Source: Perna viridis
Taxonomy: Eukaryota
Reading direction: 5' to 3'
Length of the DNA: 64,000 bases
Assembly: GCA_037379345.1 (NCBI GenBank)
Contig: CM074521.1
Location: 34,496,704-34,560,703, forward strand
Position 1 is the stretch's first letter. Each line of letters opens with the position of its first letter. This document shows, one piece after another, positions 61,761 through 64,000 of the stretch. A program made the translations under genes and the position numbers. A model generated the notes under the pieces. It saw only the letters and a list, made by a program, of their open reading frames with translations. It had not been told where the DNA came from and did no database searches.

Positions 61761-62472
61761 GCTAGATTAAGAGTAGATTATCTGTCCACTACTCCGCCGA
61801 AGTTATATGTGATAATGATAAATAATTTCAATAAAAGTCACCACCGCCAATGTAGTCATGGACTTATGCGTCATAATTACGTCGTTTCTATGGATAATCT
61901 ACAGCCTTACATTAATCAATCACTGTTTGTTCATCGTATTCACATGGAATAATACGCAATATCTCTTTTTGAATGATACTCAATTAATGAGAAATATTGA
62001 GCCAAACTGCCATTGAGCCACATTTTCATAAACATTCATAGATTACCACCTTGCAAGGTGTTGGCAATCACAGGCTACATTGTATTAAGACCCATTGGCA
62101 TGACTGGTCAAGTTGTGGGTAATCTCAGCTTCTTGTGTTCTCATTTAGTAAAAATGAAATTATGAAAATACAACTTAAACGTACTTCCAGTATCACAATT
62201 GGTTATATATACATCTTCTTGTCAAGTTATTCAATACCAATATCATGAAATTTACTGATATAAACTGGTCAATATCGTTATACAAATGACAGTAGTATTG
62301 ACTAAGATAGCGATTATATTTATTGCATTAAAGAAGTATACCCTTAATTCTTGATGAAAAGTCTATTTTTCTGAACATATGTTGACGTTTTATTGTACAT
62401 TAAGGATAAATATTTATTTAATGATGAACACAGCCATAATCCAGCAATATATTTCGATTCCTCAAAGTTGGT

Positions 62473-62948
62473 GCCCCGTGCAGATGACTAAATAGTGCTC
62501 AGAAACCTAGCCGCGAGCTAGGCACTCTGCCCACCGAGCAACTGGAATGTGTGTCTCAGGAGGTGGAATGGGGTACCCCTGACGTGTTACATTGTGGGGT
62601 TGTCAGACATAATACGGAAAATCTTACCGCAAACCATAGTGGTGCACCGTGTTGATAAATATGCCACGTTCCCCACACGTTAAAAAAAAACCCTGCTGTA
62701 GTACTCGATAGGAGTAGGAACCTTTATGCTTTGCCACAGGAGACTAAATTGCCAGATCCTACCCATCCCTCTCTTTTCTCTTGTTGCAATCAACATTTGT
62801 CGACCCTATTATCCTTGTGTCCGATCCTTTTTTTTTATTTCATCTTCATCATTTCATGTCCATGTTATCATCCATTTCATGTTCATCGCCTGAATATAGC
62901 TGAAATATTGCTGCTCGGGCGTTAAACTCCTATAATCAATCAATCAAT
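62473..62948 (+). mobile_element. Second, more diverged copy of the same SINE-like element
   Basis: Colinear with the reverse complement of 29244-29763, with about 50 bp deleted in the head. (TCAA)n tail. Decayed TSD ctcaaagttggt / cttaaactaggt (9 of 12 match). Confidence 0.85.
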
Positions 62949-63734
62949 CTTAAACTAGGTTGCGAAAAAAAAAAACAGAATTGCTTTGTAAATTTTATAT
63001 GACAAATATACATTTTCATTCTTATTTAGTATCCTTTCAAATCTTACCGATTGAACATGTCATCATGAATATGAATATATTAATCTGTAGTACAGTAAAG
63101 TCATTTTAGCCTTGTGGCCCATGAATGATAAAAAGTCATTCAATTAACTTAAATAGTGTAACTAAGTAATAAAATCTATACATATAACAGTTATTGGCAG
63201 TTCTTACTTCCACCATGAATTCTTTGTAACAGCAATTACCTAAATTTGTCTCAACAGCTTTGATTGCTTCATCCGTCCTTTCCCGCTAATTTTAATGGCG
63301 CGGAATTCTGAAATGTGTTGTAGTATACAACGTTAACAGTGAGGTTAATGGCACTTATACTGTCTATGTGTCAATACTGTTTTGTATGGTTTTTGGCCTT
63401 TGATACAAGGAAGTCTTTATGTTCAGTTAATATCGCATCCGAATTCCTTTTTCCTAGCCATAAATAGGTAGATGGGGTATATATTTAGACATTATCCTCC
63501 ATAACGTCATTGTTTGTCGATAGATAGATGACCTATGTCTTTATGTTCAACTGTATGTTTACAGTATATTATTATAGTCTTTATTGATCTATATTGAGCA
63601 TTTCCGTGTTTTTAGAACAGTTACCAAACGAGGAGAACACGGATATGAAATATGGGTAATATGTCTTTTTTGCAAAATTTGTGTTCATTGGGAGTCATTC
63701 CTTTATTTTAATACAAGTATGAACATTATAAAGA

Positions 63735-64000
63735 CAGCCTCATAATTTGACCTACAATTAGAGACCAATGAAAAAGGAAAATCTCATGACCAAACTATAC
63801 GACAAAGCAATGACTGTGAAATCCGTATTGTCAACTTTCCTTTCGTTTCCTCCGTGGCAACATCTCTTCTGCACCTGCGTATGAAGTTTTCGTATCACAA
63901 TTCGTACCCTATGCCAGAGAGTGTCGTTACTACGCCGGCACTTTGTATCATTTAAGTCTTCTAACAAATAGGCTTCTAACAAAGGGTTTTGTTGCTACCA
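63735..64000 (+). mobile_element. Penelope-like RT thumb fragment, cut by window end
   Basis: TKLYDK, RIVNFPF, GNISSAPAYEVFVSQFVPYARECRYY, LLTNRLLTKGFVAT on the + strand with frameshifts. Confidence 0.8.

Overview
AT-rich eukaryotic genomic DNA, most likely a bivalve mollusc judging from repeat style (inference), with one 145-bp assembly gap. It holds one intron-rich + strand gene that I assembled by hand from GT-AG splice sites with consistent phases: a class B1 (secretin-family) neuropeptide GPCR resembling CRF/DH44, PDF and calcitonin receptors. It has 12 coding exons (13649-55649), a ~28-kb first intron, all six ECD cysteines, seven TM segments and no obvious signal peptide. Two C-termini are possible: splicing to exon 12 gives 564 aa ending in a PDZ-type ESVI, while read-through of a weak donor gives 451 aa ending in a 6-Cys/6-His tail with its own AATAAA. 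The rest is intron and intergenic DNA rich in mobile-element debris. This includes about 15 pieces of a Penelope-like retroelement (four with RT remnants, many sharing a structured 3' UTR), two copies of a ~500-bp SINE-like element with TSDs and a strongly folded head, a tRNA-derived SINE, a CR1/L2-type LINE fragment, MITEs and two minisatellites. There are no prokaryotic systems or CRISPR arrays, and most ORF-track entries are spurious.
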